Shown one piece after another: positions 1 through 12,746 of a stretch of DNA of 64,000 nucleotides. Position 1 is the first letter of the stretch; each line of letters opens with the position of its first letter. This DNA is from Amoebidium appalachense (taxonomy: Eukaryota; Protista; Ichthyosporea). The stretch is taken from the NCBI GenBank assembly GCA_963693365.1, contig CAVNZM010000017.1, positions 1,713,989-1,777,988 of the forward strand, written 5' to 3'. The notes under the pieces are model-generated. The model was not told the origin of the DNA, did no database searches, and saw only the letters and a program-made list of their open reading frames with translations. Made by a program: the position numbers and the translations under genes.

Positions 1-97
1 TGTTTTTGTAAAGTGCCTTTACTTGTGGTCTAGGACCTTCCTGGAATACACCATCTGTTAATATATGAAAATGTGACGGAACATCCCCCCCACGCAA

Positions 98-625
<528 letters not shown>

Positions 626-1031
626 GTCGTCATGCGGCGGTCACCATGGCCATGTGTATCTCATAATGAACAACTTATATAATTATGGCATATCCTTAAT
701 CTTCAGTGTCCATTTTCCATTCTTATCCGAATCTAGATCTGCAGATAAAAGTGGTCTAGTGGCACCTTAGAGTGATATCCGACGGGGTGGTGCATAGGTT
801 AAAAATACTGTTGGAGTCAGATCATGCCACACAGAAAACCAAACTCATAGTATTTAACAAGAGATACTATAGATATCATATATCCTATAACTCATACACA
901 CTAATCAGATCTACGCGTGCTATTACCACGTTGTGGCATCTACCCCGAATATGCACGACGGGCAGGCAAGAAATCTCTATGGCCGGCTGGTGAAGGTGTG
1001 TGTGTGTGTGTGTGTGTGTGGGGGGGGGGAA

Positions 1032-1064
<33 letters not shown>

Positions 1065-1319
1065 GGGGGGGGGGGGGGGGGGAGGGAGGGGGGGGGGGGG
1101 GAAGAAAAATAAGAAAGCCTTAAAGAGAACAGATAGAAAAAAACAGGAAAGCGGAGCGGAAAAGAAAAGAAAAAAAAAATGAAATGAAAGCCAACGTGTT
1201 TATGTGTTACTATGATGAGTATAGATGTTAAATTTCGTAATGCTACTTCTAAGTATAAAGATCGAGTGTCACCAAAAACGAGTTTATAAATGCCAAACAC
1301 TTCAATAGTTCCTGAGGCT

Positions 1320-2129
1320 TCAGTAATAAAAGGGAGAGTCGGAACACTTCAACTTCTGCAAGCACATCTCTGCCATGACTTTTCGGGGCAACGAAGTGAA
1401 CAGCTTTCGGTGTTCAGAATGCACGAAGTCCAGATGCCCATCCTCGGATTTTGTGTTTCTTTTTATATGCAGAGCTTCCCTTGCCACCTTACTGATAGCA
1501 TCTGCCGGCCACTCAACCTTGTGCTTGTACTTGTGGAATGCGACCATCAGCTCAATGCACGGCTTTTTCTTTGCCTGGTGGGCAAGAAGTTCCAGCAAAT
1601 CTTTGCACTCGTACATTGACGCAACACGCACCAGCCGAATGATTTCTTCTTTCGTCAACCCGAGATCGAAGCCGTAAAAGGGGTCGGTTGGTGAGACACG
1701 AAACCCACACGTCTTTCTTGCCGCCAGAGCAATGTTCAGTTCAAAGAAAGTGTTCAATGTGTCGTAGGAAATGTTCGTGATGGTGATGGTGTTTGTTGTA
1801 GCCTCAATCAGTCCGTGTTGAGTGGCTGAATCAGAAAACATGCTGGCAAAGTAGGAGGAGACGTTGACGAGAAAAGATTTCTGAAGTTCAATAGTTTGAG
1901 TCTTCGTCATTTCGGCATGCTGGCGTCGGGAGTAGGTGCACGTGGTAGTAGTCTGAATGTTCACTTCAGTATCAGCAAGAACGTCTTGTTTCTCTTTTTC
2001 TGCAACTGATGTGTAGCCAGAGGGGCATATTTTTATGGTCACGGTCGGTGCATTTGGGAGTAGGGATGCAGGGTCATCGCCCCCCAGAGTCGTAAGCAAG
2101 CTGACAATTCTGTCTTTGGGAGCCGTCAT
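1320..2129 (-). CDS. BTB/POZ-domain protein, paralogue 1 (269 aa, intronless)
   Basis: Open 269-aa ORF. The motif LVNVSSYFASMFSDS...EATTNTITITNISYDTLNTFFEL matches the BTB core pattern (SxYFxxMF...E...IxLxDxxxxxFxxLL). It is followed by a BACK-like helical region (IRLVRVASMYECKDLLE). Two clear paralogues lie in the window. Confidence 0.85.
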   Translation of the reverse strand: MTAPKDRIVSLLTTLGGDDPASLLPNAPTVTIKICPSGYTSVAEKEKQDVLADTEVNIQTTTTCTYSRRQHAEMTKTQTIELQKSFLVNVSSYFASMFSDSATQHGLIEATTNTITITNISYDTLNTFFELNIALAARKTCGFRVSPTDPFYGFDLGLTKEEIIRLVRVASMYECKDLLELLAHQAKKKPCIELMVAFHKYKHKVEWPADAISKVAREALHIKRNTKSEDGHLDFVHSEHRKLFTSLPRKVMAEMCLQKLKCSDSPFYY

Positions 2130-2416
2130 TATGTAGAGCAGTTCAACGTTGAGTCGGTGATCAGGTTTTTCATGTACATATCATATAATCAAGAACCAAA
2201 AGAACAAAGATTAAAACAAATAAAGGGCAGAGTTGACAGCTAGTATTGCGGTCACAGTGGATTCGCCAGGCGATGAAGAAGTAAGTGGAGCTAACCGTAC
2301 TCGAGAAGTCAATGTATGCATCTGTCCACTCTTTGGGAAAAACAAATGTGAATTATTCCACCTTGCAGCCACGTTCGATTCTCTTATACCGTGTATACTC
2401 AGGATGCTACGTAGAC

Positions 2417-5400
2417 TTTTTTTTATTATTTTATCACGTTTTGTTCCCGGAGGCCTTTTCAGGCCCTCTAGGGAAACTACCGTCTACCACACAGCACCGA
2501 CAGTACACTAGTTAAGGTGCTATCTATGAGTTCAGCTAAGCTAAACCATCCTTCACAACCTAACTATAAGTACACACTTTGCCCAGGGCTACTACCCCAG
2601 CCACGCCGGCAGGAGGCTCCAGTCCTCCCCTCCATTCAAAAACCTAGCAATAAACGTTAACCGAGGGCTCTCATTGGTCGATCTACAGTATTGGGAAGTC
2701 CTAGGTGTTGTGTATAATATTTACGGTGGGTATGGGTGGATGATGGGGTGTGGTGGTGGTGGTGGTGGGGGGTTGCTGCCTAACATTATGTGTTGGTGTA
2801 CGTATGTTGTGGCGATGTTTTTGTGGACTAAAAGGTGGGTTTTACAGGGCACACCGGGTCTGTGGGTGTTCCGGCATTCAGAACAGGCCGGCCGGGTGTG
2901 TGTGGGGGGTGTATTTGTTGGTTTTTTGGGTTTTTGGAGAGCCATACTTTTCTTTCTACGGGTGGTGGGTATATGGTGGTGTTTTTGCATTTTAGGGTGG
3001 GTGGGGGGGAGTGTTGTGTTCCGTGGGTGCCAAATTTTTGCAAAGAAAAAGGATTGCAACTCTACTGTGATTTTTCCTAAGATGGCCCGGGTGGTGGTCT
3101 TGGTGGTGCCGGTGGCTGCAAGTAGTGGGCCCACCGATCGTGGGCAGAATCCCCGTTCGACCCACTTGGTGTCTTCGGGGTCAGGTGGGTCACCGTTGCC
3201 TCCTATCCAGTTTATCCATGCACATTGGTCTACCACCGTGGCTGCCGTATGGTGGTGCTGTGCCGTGGGGGTGTTTGGATGACGAGTGTGCAGGACGTTG
3301 TGGATGCAGGCTGTGATGGCGGTGGTCAGGGTGGGGACTTCCCCGGCATGGGCCGGGCAGGCCCAGAGGTGGGTGGTGGTCTCAGGGTGCTGGCTGCACC
3401 GGGGGCATGTGGGCTGTGTAACGACGGTGGGGTGATCTCGGTGTAGCCGTGCCATGGTAGGCAGGGTGCCCATGGCCAGGGACAGGCTACGAGTGTTTCC
3501 TCTGACTGCCCCGATGGTTGCCTGTGTGGGCCCCTTGTTGAGCTTGAGGGGGTTCCGTTCGGCTGGGAGCAGTCTGGGGTCGGCTAGTATGGACATAGCC
3601 TTGGTCTTGCCGGCCATGTCGGTGAGGAAGTCCTTGTTCAACCGGTTCAGTGTACCGGGAATGTTGCCGGGGATACGGTGGCCTTGTAGTCGTAGGAAGT
3701 ATTTTCCCCCCCCCCGGGGCCGGAGGTAGGGGGGGGGGGAGGGGGAGGACTCTTCCTGCATTGGCTGCCTTGTCTGCCTCGTTATTCCGTTGACCGTACC
3801 GTTTGGTGTTGGATTGGTGCCCCTTCACCCACGATACCTGTACAGAGCCTGGTTGCCGGAGAGAGAGTTGGTCTCGTACGTGAGCCCATTCCACTATGTG
3901 GGGGAACTTTAGCTTGCGTCGAGGGGGTGTGGTGGGGTCTATATTTGCCGTCCATCGGTCGACTACTCCGAGGTTATCGAGCTTGATGTGGATGGGGGTG
4001 GTGGTGGGGGTGAGCAGGAGGGCTAGTAGTACCCCTGTGAGTTCGGCTTGGGTGGATGATAGGGCCGTATGGAGCCTGGTCTTGGTCGTCACTGGAGGTG
4101 CTTTCCGGTCCGGGGTGTCCAGTGCCGCCCCGGCTCCGGCCTGGGCTATCCTCCTGCCCGGGTGGATGAGGCTGCCGTCCGTATAAACGGTGATCGGTTG
4201 GTCTGGGGGGATCAGGGTGATTTGCTGCTGCCACTCGTCATAGGTGGCCTGGGGCACCAAGTCGGTGTAGGTGAGCCTACGGGGAGTGGGTGGGCTCGGC
4301 AGGTCAGCCGGGTGGGCCGTGCACTTGTGTCCTGGTGGTGACCCTACCGGTGGTGGCTGCTGGGGGGGGGGTGGGCCGGGGAGGTCCCCCGGTAAGGGTG
4401 TGGCTTCCTCGTTGGCTTGCAGGTGGAGCATCTGGGGTGATGCCTGTTGGTGGGGGGGAAGATGCCGCCGGAAATGGTGTATCTTCCTCCACTGCTCGGC
4501 CGGATCGGAGCCATCCTTCAGTGCGATGACTTGGTAGATGTCGATACTGTCGGTGTTGATGAAGTCCTTGTGGTACTTCGGGACTACCATGTGGGTGGTG
4601 ATTCGGGTCTTGAAGGCCACGTAGGGGTCTGCCCGTATCACCTCCACAGCACGGGTCCACCCCACACACTGCTTGTTGTGGGTGTGATTATCGGCTGGGG
4701 GCTCAGGGGGCTCGTATTTGCTGTTGGTGCTGTCGGTGTTAGAGTCCTCTGAGTCGTCGGAGTCGTCGCTGGGCCCCGTCGACTCCGATTCTGGCTCCGT
4801 GTCTAACCCTTCCCCCTCTCCGTCTGCGTACCCGGGGTTGGGGGAGAGGGTGGCCGGGGTGTAGGCTAGGTTCCATGGGGAGTGGCCGTATTTGCAGTCA
4901 CCAGGGCAAAAGCGGAAATGGGCTGTTCCATGTGGGTCGTTCCACGTGGGTCGGTGCCATCTCAGCCCCTCCTCCTCTGTGTTGTCCCGTAGATGGGCTA
5001 TTTTGACCCAAGCCTCCCCGTTGTGGGTGGTGTGGGCCACCACCTGGCTGAGTTCGTATTGCCCGTTCTTGACTATTTCCACCACGAATGCACCGACGGG
5101 GTGGTTTGGCACGAGGTAAATGGTGTGGTGGGTGTGTGGTCTGGGTGCTGGCCGTAGTTTGTCTGCGATGGGGATGGCCCCCTTGATGATGGACCTGTAC
5201 CACTGTGTAGCTCCCGGGTGTAGTAGGTCTGGGGGGTGGGGCAGTTCGGGGAACGCCCGGAACACCCCCGGCCGTACCATGGTGTCCTCCACCGTGTAGA
5301 GTTGACGGGGGTGTGTGTGGGGGCCGATGTGGGCCGCAAAGGTGTGGTCCGGGAAAACGGTGTTGATAGGGGTGCTGGTTGTTGTTGCTGCTTCCCCTCC

Positions 5401-5750
5401 TTCTCCTTGGGGGGAGGGGGGGGGGTGGGGTGGGGGTGCTTGTGTTTTTTGGGGAGGGGTTTCCCCAATACTCAGGTGCCGCTCGTGAAGGATCCCCGTG
5501 ATATGGGCCCAATAGTTGTGGAGCTGCTTTCCCCCTAGCCTGTAAAGTTTGGCTGGGGGTGCTTGCAGGGGTGGGTAGGGTAGGCCTGTCACGTGTTGCT
5601 GCTGCCAGGCTCGGTACCGGACCACGTCCCCTGCTGGTCCTGGTGTTTCCAGCAGGGCACACAGCTCCGTAACCATGGTGCTGGCTGCTGATTCGACGAT
5701 GCTGGCCAGTCCCCCTAGAGTGGGATGGTGTAGCAGCCCGGACGGGGTGC
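2417..5750 (-). mobile_element. 5'-truncated non-LTR retrotransposon (LINE family A): RT thumb, RNase H, C-terminal Cys/His finger
   Basis: 15-bp TSD GGATGCTACGTAGAC at 2402-2416 and 5751-5765, and an A-rich 3' tail at ~2417-2432. RNase H motifs VYTDGS, SSTQAELTG, IKLDN, WVKGH and NNEADKAA lie in ORF 3487-5781. GTLPT and CPRCSQHPETTTHLWAC lie in ORF 2721-3761. Confidence 0.93.
2721..5750 (-). pseudogene. LINE ORF2 3' portion (RNase H + zinc finger), frameshifted near 3705-3760
   Basis: Two overlapping minus-strand ORFs (3487-5781, 2721-3761) join across G/C homopolymer runs, so the frameshift may be a sequencing error. The RT catalytic core is absent (5' truncation). Confidence 0.8.
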
Positions 5751-6242
5751 GGATGCTACGTAGACAGGGTACGACAATCAAAAGCCATAGCTAAGAAGCT
5801 CAACAGTGAACACGAAGTGTCCACCAAGCCTCGGGAGGCTACAAATTTTTTTAAACCTATCACTATGCACCGTGTCTCCGGATTTTTATTAACATGCATG
5901 CTGTCATCATGATGCTCTTCTCAAAAGGCTCAAGCTGTAGTATGTATGTCTCCTTCGCGTCTTGACCACACCCACAGCACAGCTCCAAAGCTTTTGTAAC
6001 TCGAGCTCGAACAACATATATATGTACATCGCACTGCCAGGGAGTAACCCCCGGAGAATACCTTAGTTATAAGGGCCACATTTGTGGTAGCTAGTGCTGC
6101 TTTTTACTAGGCTACGTAGTACTGTAGAGCGTTATTGACAGGCATGTGCTGCGCGACAGCTTAAATGATTTTGTTTTCGTTGTGTCCATAGGTTCAATAT
6201 GAAGTGTTTGCAAGTCTCATTTGCCTAGTAATGGTGGGTCCA

Positions 6243-8084
6243 TGTAAACAGTTGGACTAGTTAGGATAAGGCAGAGTACAACTGAATCAAAATAAAGACA
6301 GAGAACGGGTAGAAAGGCACACGCGGCCAGGTTGCTTTTACTATGGGCCGACTCAGTCTGTCTCAAGACTTCACTGATGTGATCCCCGTACTGGGACGGC
6401 TTTCTTATATAGCCCCCAGGTTTCGGATCAAGGCCCAGGATTGGTTCATCCGCGGCCAGCGCGGGTGGCAACATGCCATTCGTGATTCTGGTGCGGTCCG
6501 AGCCAGTCAGACCTTTGTCCTATTTATGCAAACCTCTTATTGGTTCACTTCGTTTATGTGGTATGCAGCGGAAGAACCATATATGGTTCAATTCTTAGGT
6601 CAGAGTGAGTCCTATTGGTGCGGACATAATATTTATGTGATATTCATGACAAAGCACGAATCGTGTGCTAGTAGATCACATTCTTTAGTAAACATGTACA
6701 GTTCATGTGTACAGTTGTTTACACTCCCCCCCTTGTCGGGAGCCTGGTGGTGTCGTTAGACAAGCAAACCACCAGGCTGAGAGGCGATAAACAACCTTCA
6801 GCGAGAATTCTTGTGCGCCGAGCTGCTGGGCAGAACAGAGCAAGGATGGTTGAATAGAGTTGTGCACGTCTATGAGCACTTCTTCGTTTGCCAAAACGTA
6901 AATTCATGCAGCATTCTTCTGTGCTTTCATTTTCGTGGCGAAGATTGTTGCAGAGTGTTCGTGCGAATTGTTCGCTTCGTCTCTGTGCTTGGCTTTTTCT
7001 GTAGAAGTAATATTTTCCTTTTTGGGAATTTTTCCTTTTTAGGATACTCCCGCAGATTCGTTTTCAATTGCGAGTAATTTGGTTGTGTGGATGAATGATC
7101 ATACCAAGCATTCGATAATGAATATAACTCAAGCCTTAGGTCACTTCGTAGCTCAGGTAGTGGTGGATAGCTTCAAGGCTTAGCCACTGCTCCTTATCCC
7201 GGTTCTACCATAAGACTGTAAGGCGAGTCACCATGGCCGGAAAAGCCGCTTCTTTCATGAACAAATAGCACTTCTTTCCTTTCAGCTTTAACTCTGCATC
7301 ATCGGAGCTGGGAAAAACATGAATAAAAACGCCCAAGTGTTCTTCGTTGGGCGACATAAAGAAATATATCACCCGTCAGAACCAGTAAAAGCCCGGTTCA
7401 TAATTCATAAGAAGAGGGTAGGCAAAGCAAGCCTCCTTCAGAAAACACATGCTTCCATTCGTGAGCAGTTTTCGTATCCCATTTGCCAGCCATTTTCGTT
7501 GAGCTGGGGGATTCCAGGCATAATACATTCTTCTGGAGGCTTGGCCTAAAAAGAAAAGTCGTCGCAGTCGCCCTTTCTTTTGTAAGCAACTTCGTGAGCG
7601 CGCTTCGAACAGTTGGACTAGTTAGGATAAGGCAGAGTACAACTGAATCAAAATAAAGACAGAGAACGGGTAGAAAGGCACACGCGGCCAGGTTGCTTTT
7701 ACTATGGGCCGACTCAGTCTGTCTCAAGACTTCACTGATAAGATCCCCGTACTGGGACGGCTTTCTTATATAGCCCCCAGGTTTCGGATCAAGGCCCAGG
7801 ATTGGTTCATCCGCGGCCAGCGCGGGTGGCAACATGCCATTCGTGATTCTGGTGCGGTCCGAGCCAGTCAGACCTTTGTCCTATTTATGCAAACCTCTTA
7901 TTGGTTCACTTCGTTTATGTGGTATGCAGCGGAAGAACCATATATGGTTCAATTCTTAGGTCAGAGTGAGTCCTATTGGTGCGGACATAATATTTATGTG
8001 ATATTCATGACAAAGCACGAATCGTGTGCTAGTAGATCACATTCTTTAGTAAACATGTACAGTTCATGTGTACAGTTGTTTACA
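6243..8084 (-). mobile_element. Non-autonomous LTR retroelement (TRIM-like) with two ~480-bp LTRs
   Basis: Near-identical direct repeats at 6243-6723 and ~7608-8084, termini TGTAAACA...TGTTTACA, and a 5-bp TSD GTCCA at 6238-6242 and 8085-8089. A polypurine tract AAGGGGGGGAG (minus strand, 6724-6734) abuts the 3' LTR. No recognisable gag/pol in the ~880-bp interior. Confidence 0.92.
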
Positions 8085-8294
8085 GTCCACCCGGATTCTG
8101 ATTTTGAAACGGGAAAGGGGAAGTAGTAACCTTGGGGGGGGGGGAAGGGGGGGGGGGGGGGGGGGGGAGGATGGGGCCAGCTAGCAGGAGGCGGAGGGGG
8201 GAGGGCGGGGGACCCACCACCAGGTCCAATTTGAATGGGTGCCCCTCCCCCTCCCCCCCCTTCCCCTCCCCCCCCCCCCCCCCCCCCCCCCCCT

Positions 8295-8811
8295 GTCACA
8301 GGAAATATTTGCACTCGGAAATTTTTGCACTGGGGGTTGATGTGATAATTGAAGTATTGTATCAATGGGGTTTTCTCTGGATGTTTTCGTGCTCATTGGT
8401 CATGTTAGCATTCAAATACGCCGTTGAACCACACGTTTCTATTAGCTGTGTTTGTTGAGTTTCTAGCATTTTTTTGGGCAGCCAAAGAGAGTCAGCTTTA
8501 TGTCCCCCTAAACCTCCCGTTACGGCGTAACGGGGGGGGGGGGGGGGGGGGAGGGGGGGGGGGGGGGGCATAAGTGATCCTTAATGCAAGTGCAAGCTGG
8601 AGTCTGTACAGACTCAGTGACGATACTCATAATAGAGCTGAAAGCCTACAGAGAAACGCATAACCGTTGGCACCTAAACATGGGAAAAGGTATTCAGAAA
8701 AACAGAACAGAGACATAACTCCATCGCGACCAAGGTTAGGTAGCCTTTTTCTATGCAGTCTAGGGAGACGGTCTAGTGCAAAAATTTACCGGTGCAAAAA
8801 TTTCCTGTGAC
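8295..8811. mobile_element. MITE-like element with ~37-bp imperfect TIRs
   Basis: Left end GTCACAGGAAATATTTGCACTCGGAAATTTTTGCACT (8295-8331) is inverted at 8775-8811. Related sequence occurs at ~11008-11226 and ~25068-25125. Confidence 0.7.
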
Positions 8812-8915
8812 CCCCCCCCCCCCCCCCCCCCCGGGGTTCCACTCTGATATGAGTATAATATTAGGCTATGATTTGATAGCGGTTTACGGCATTCCCAAAA
8901 TGTAAAGATTGAAAC

Positions 8916-10945
8916 TTTTTTTTTATAATGACTTTATTGATACGCTCATGAAAAGAGAAGCACTCCGGAGATATCACAGATATCCCAGAGAAGAAAATAC
9001 AAAACCCCTACTCACGGATACGGAGGAGATAACGACTCAAATAATCATACACCCTAGAAAATTCGTTAAACATACGGTGGTTTAACAGATAGTCAATAGA
9101 AGTAATATCAGGATTATCTAAATAAGCTTAAGCTAGTCTTCGAATTTCAGAACAGAAGAATTCATGAGATAAATAAATACATTTATCTAGATGTTTGCGA
9201 GAAAAAGGTTCTGCACAAAAGTGACACAAACATTTACTATGGAAACTAAGGTTACAACGCCAAAATAAACATTTCAAGCAATATCACAAGAAGGGGTTAG
9301 AATTGCAAAATCAGCAAGTGTGGTAGGTTTACGAGAGGAAGGATGAATATAAGCAGCTAATTCAACAATGATTGTAGAGAAAATAGACGAGTCTCTAATA
9401 TAAAAAGAAGCACGGGCTCAAGAGTCCTACCATGATACTCTTTATCACAACGATGAAGGAAAGGATATTGAGTATGAAACCAAGTAGCTTGGCATACTGC
9501 TGATAAATAGGGGAAGAGAAGAATAAAGGAGACAAATATTTATAAGGATATCTCTGAATGGGAGATAGATTGGGTACAGGGCATTTCGCACGAACATTAG
9601 AAATGGGAACAGGGTCTAAAGAAGGAAAGAATTGCAACAAAGGATGTTAAGAAGGAAGCCTAACCAAATGAAAACAAAAACGAAGGCCTAACTCATTCAT
9701 ACGCTGACTCGCCGGAGGGAGACCAAAAACACTCAGCAAAGGAGCCGCCAGAGGATGCCTACGCGAGGTCCGAGAGATGAACTGGATGAATTCACGCTGA
9801 AAGGAATCGAATTCCCGAAGCGCCACGCGCTGTTGCCGTGAAGGGGCACACAAGAGTAACGGGAGGCCATATTCGAAACATGGACGAAGAAAAACTTTAT
9901 AAAGAATGAGCAGATTAGCAGGATGGACATTAGAAATACTTGCGAAAATGCCTTGATAGATGTGTAAACGACCACGCGCACGGAATATGCGCGGAGTCAA
10001 AAGGCGCTCAAAGCAAATACCCTTAGAGGTGAAAGGAATACCTAAATAGTCATAGGAGGACACAACTGGGATAGGTTGATTGTTCAAAGTGTAGTGTGCA
10101 TGGGGAGTAAAGGTGCCGCATTTATCTATCCCAATTTTCATGAAATTTCGGAAACACCAATCATCTACTCAGAGAAAGCATGCATGGTAGTCATAATAGA
10201 AGGATCATGAGTGACTAAAACATCATCAGGGTTCCGTTACCCGTTACTCAGTACCCCATTCACAACGGCAGCCCCATGGGTGCGGTCAAATAACGCCTGA
10301 AGTAGTCGACCAAAGGGAAGTGGTAGCCCTCGAGTCGCCAACTTATGCCAAAGCAAATTCGTCGGAACCGTGTCGTAGGCATTCTTAAGGTCGATGAAGC
10401 AAACCTTGCGACATCCCGAACGGATAGTGTCGTGTAATAGAAGAGCATGAGTATAGCACGAATAAACGCGCAATATGCAGGATTCGAATAGGCGACGAAA
10501 TATGTTGGTTAAGGTGACCGGCCGAAAAGAAGAAATCGGACCAGTAGAGACCTTCTTGCGGACTGGATTAACAAGAGTGTCATTCCAGAACGAAGGAATG
10601 AAGCCCAACTCATAAAAGGCGGGTAAGAACTCGCTCACCAAATATGCAACGGTGGAGAAGGAGGCGTATTCCCGCCTTTGGTAATAACGGGCGGAGGGCA
10701 CAGTGCCTTAAGAAGGGCGGGTGGAAGAGCATCCGGACCACATGCCTTTTTGGGTTTTAGGGCAGAAATAGCACGTTGAACGTGCGCAGCATTAAAATAG
10801 CTCAAATATTCGCCTGGAAATGAAGAGTCAATCGGCCAGGAGGGTTGTGTGGAGAGATGCCTTTTTGGGTTTTAGGGCAGAAATAGCACGTTGAACGTGC
10901 GCAGCATTAAAATAGCTCAAATATTCGCCTGGAAATGAAGAATCA
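8916..10945 (-). mobile_element. Degenerate non-LTR retrotransposon (LINE family B), RT fragments
   Basis: RT motifs FRPVTLTNIFRRLFE and FIDLKNAYDTVP (ORF 10237-10701), degenerate PDDV (~10220), KC...YDYLGIPF (ORF 9647-10141), and CHFC...H near 9190-9230. AATAAA plus poly(A) tail at ~8916-8937. Possible 8-bp TSD ATTGAAAC (8908-8915, 10946-10953). An 85-bp direct duplication lies at the 5' end (10742-10826, 10857-10941). Confidence 0.85.
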
Positions 10946-11007
10946 ATTGAAACATCCTGATGAATACGAGTCTTCGATCACCCACAGGGGCGGGAGGGGG
11001 GAGGCAC

Positions 11008-11226
11008 TAATGCAAGTGGGTGCCGTATTCGACTCAGTGGCGATATTCAGCATATATATAGAGCTGCAATCCTATTTGGAAACACATAACCACCAAAACA
11101 GGCCAAACAGCATTTAGAAAGTCAGAACAGCCTGGCAGAAGTCCAATTAAATTTCGAACAAGAAGTTGGGCGGCCTTTGTCTATGCAGTCTAGGGAGACG
11201 ACTTAATGCAAAAACTTTCTTTGACC
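11008..11226. mobile_element. Partial diverged copy of the 8295-8811 MITE (right half)
   Basis: Shares TAATGCAAGTG, GACTCAGTG.CGATA.TCA...ATAGAGCTG and CTATGCAGTCTAGGGAGACG with 8580-8811. Confidence 0.65.
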
Positions 11227-12408
11227 CCCCCCCCCCCTCCCCCCCCAAAAAAAGACCCTCTTCTCCCCCCCCCCCCCCCCTCCCCCTTTGCTTCCGGATC
11301 CTCTTTCCTACGCCTCCCCCCCTTGCTTCCCTCCCCTCTCCCCCCCCCACCCCCCCCCCTCCCCCCTCCCCTCGATTGCGGTAATGTTTAATGAACATTA
11401 TTTTTTGGTTTCTGCACCAACCACCCAAACTTGCAGGGGTAACTCTTACTTTGCTAATGTCACCAGCCGTGTTGAATGCTTGAATGCATGAACCAATGAT
11501 CCCTATTATAAATTATAAAACGATTACATATATATCCATCATGATACATACATACATATATATATATACCATGATGATATATATATATAATTAAGTGATA
11601 TATATATATATATATATATATATAATGATACTATTTCATATATTACCTGAGTATATTTACATCACAGTATAGCATATTTATATCAGACAGAGCTGCATTC
11701 TTAGTAAGTATTAACGTATCCGTTCAGTGGTTGGTATGGTAGGCTCCTCAGGGCTAGCGCTGGTAGATATGCGCACCGAAATAACGGCCTATGGATTATT
11801 AACCAAGACATTCAATAAAACGGTAAAAATCGGTGGAAATGAATGGGAACATCAGTTAGTCAAACTAGCATTGAAGGAAGTAAAAATAGAGCTCAATGAG
11901 ACTTCTGGTTAAAAAAAATAACTGTGGATACGGCCCGTCCGGTTCCGATGCAGTAACCACAAATTTATTGATTCCACCAGAACCTGAACGTATAGCGCAA
12001 TACTACAGTAGCCCAATATTCATGAAAACGTAAATGATGCCTTGGTGTAGACATGCAGGAATGCACACACACACGCACACACGTGACAGCAACGGCTTTC
12101 TGTTTTGTCTGCAGGTTCATGTCAAGTCTTTGTTGCTAACTCAACCGACAGAATATATTGTCCAATAAAATACCGTAACTTTTACTAAGGCTAGTAGAGT
12201 CCGATGCCGTTACGTGCGGGTCGTGGTAACATGTAATACAGTCAATCATTGACAGTGGTAAGCCAAAAGTCTGTTCCCCTGTCAAATAATAAGACATTTA
12301 GAAGTCAATAAAGTGAAGCCTTCATACCGAGCCTTCTAACAAACCATACTTCTAGCATCATTGAATCAAATCTTTATGATCATAGTGATTGTCTGTGTTC
12401 ATTTTTTT

Positions 12409-12410
<2 letters not shown>

Positions 12411-12450
<40 letters not shown>

Positions 12451-12499
12451 GCGGGGGAGGGGTTGATGTATGTATGTACTGTCGGAAGGTTTTCTGTAC

Positions 12500-12540
<41 letters not shown>

Positions 12541-12562
12541 GGGGGGGGGGGGAGGGAGGGAG

Positions 12563-12634
<72 letters not shown>

Positions 12635-12688
12635 CGGAGAGAGCGAGAGAGGGGGGGGGGGAGAGAGAGAGAGGGGGGGGAGGGGAGT

Positions 12689-12746
<58 letters not shown>

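Noticed and set aside
1375-1677. Plus-strand ORFs overlapping the BTB genes (also 17593-18201, 31765-32385)
   Set aside because: Antisense shadows of the BTB coding sequences.
5751-5781. Start of the 764-aa ORF as a genuine gene start
   Set aside because: It lies in and beyond the TSD. The element is 5'-truncated at 5750, so the ORF start is fortuitous.
6343-8126. Duplicated 138/140-aa ORFs (MGRLSLSQDF...)
   Set aside because: They lie within the two LTRs. Their identity reflects LTR duplication and no domain is recognisable.
11727-11912. 61-aa ORF
   Set aside because: No ATG context, homology or splice support that I can identify.
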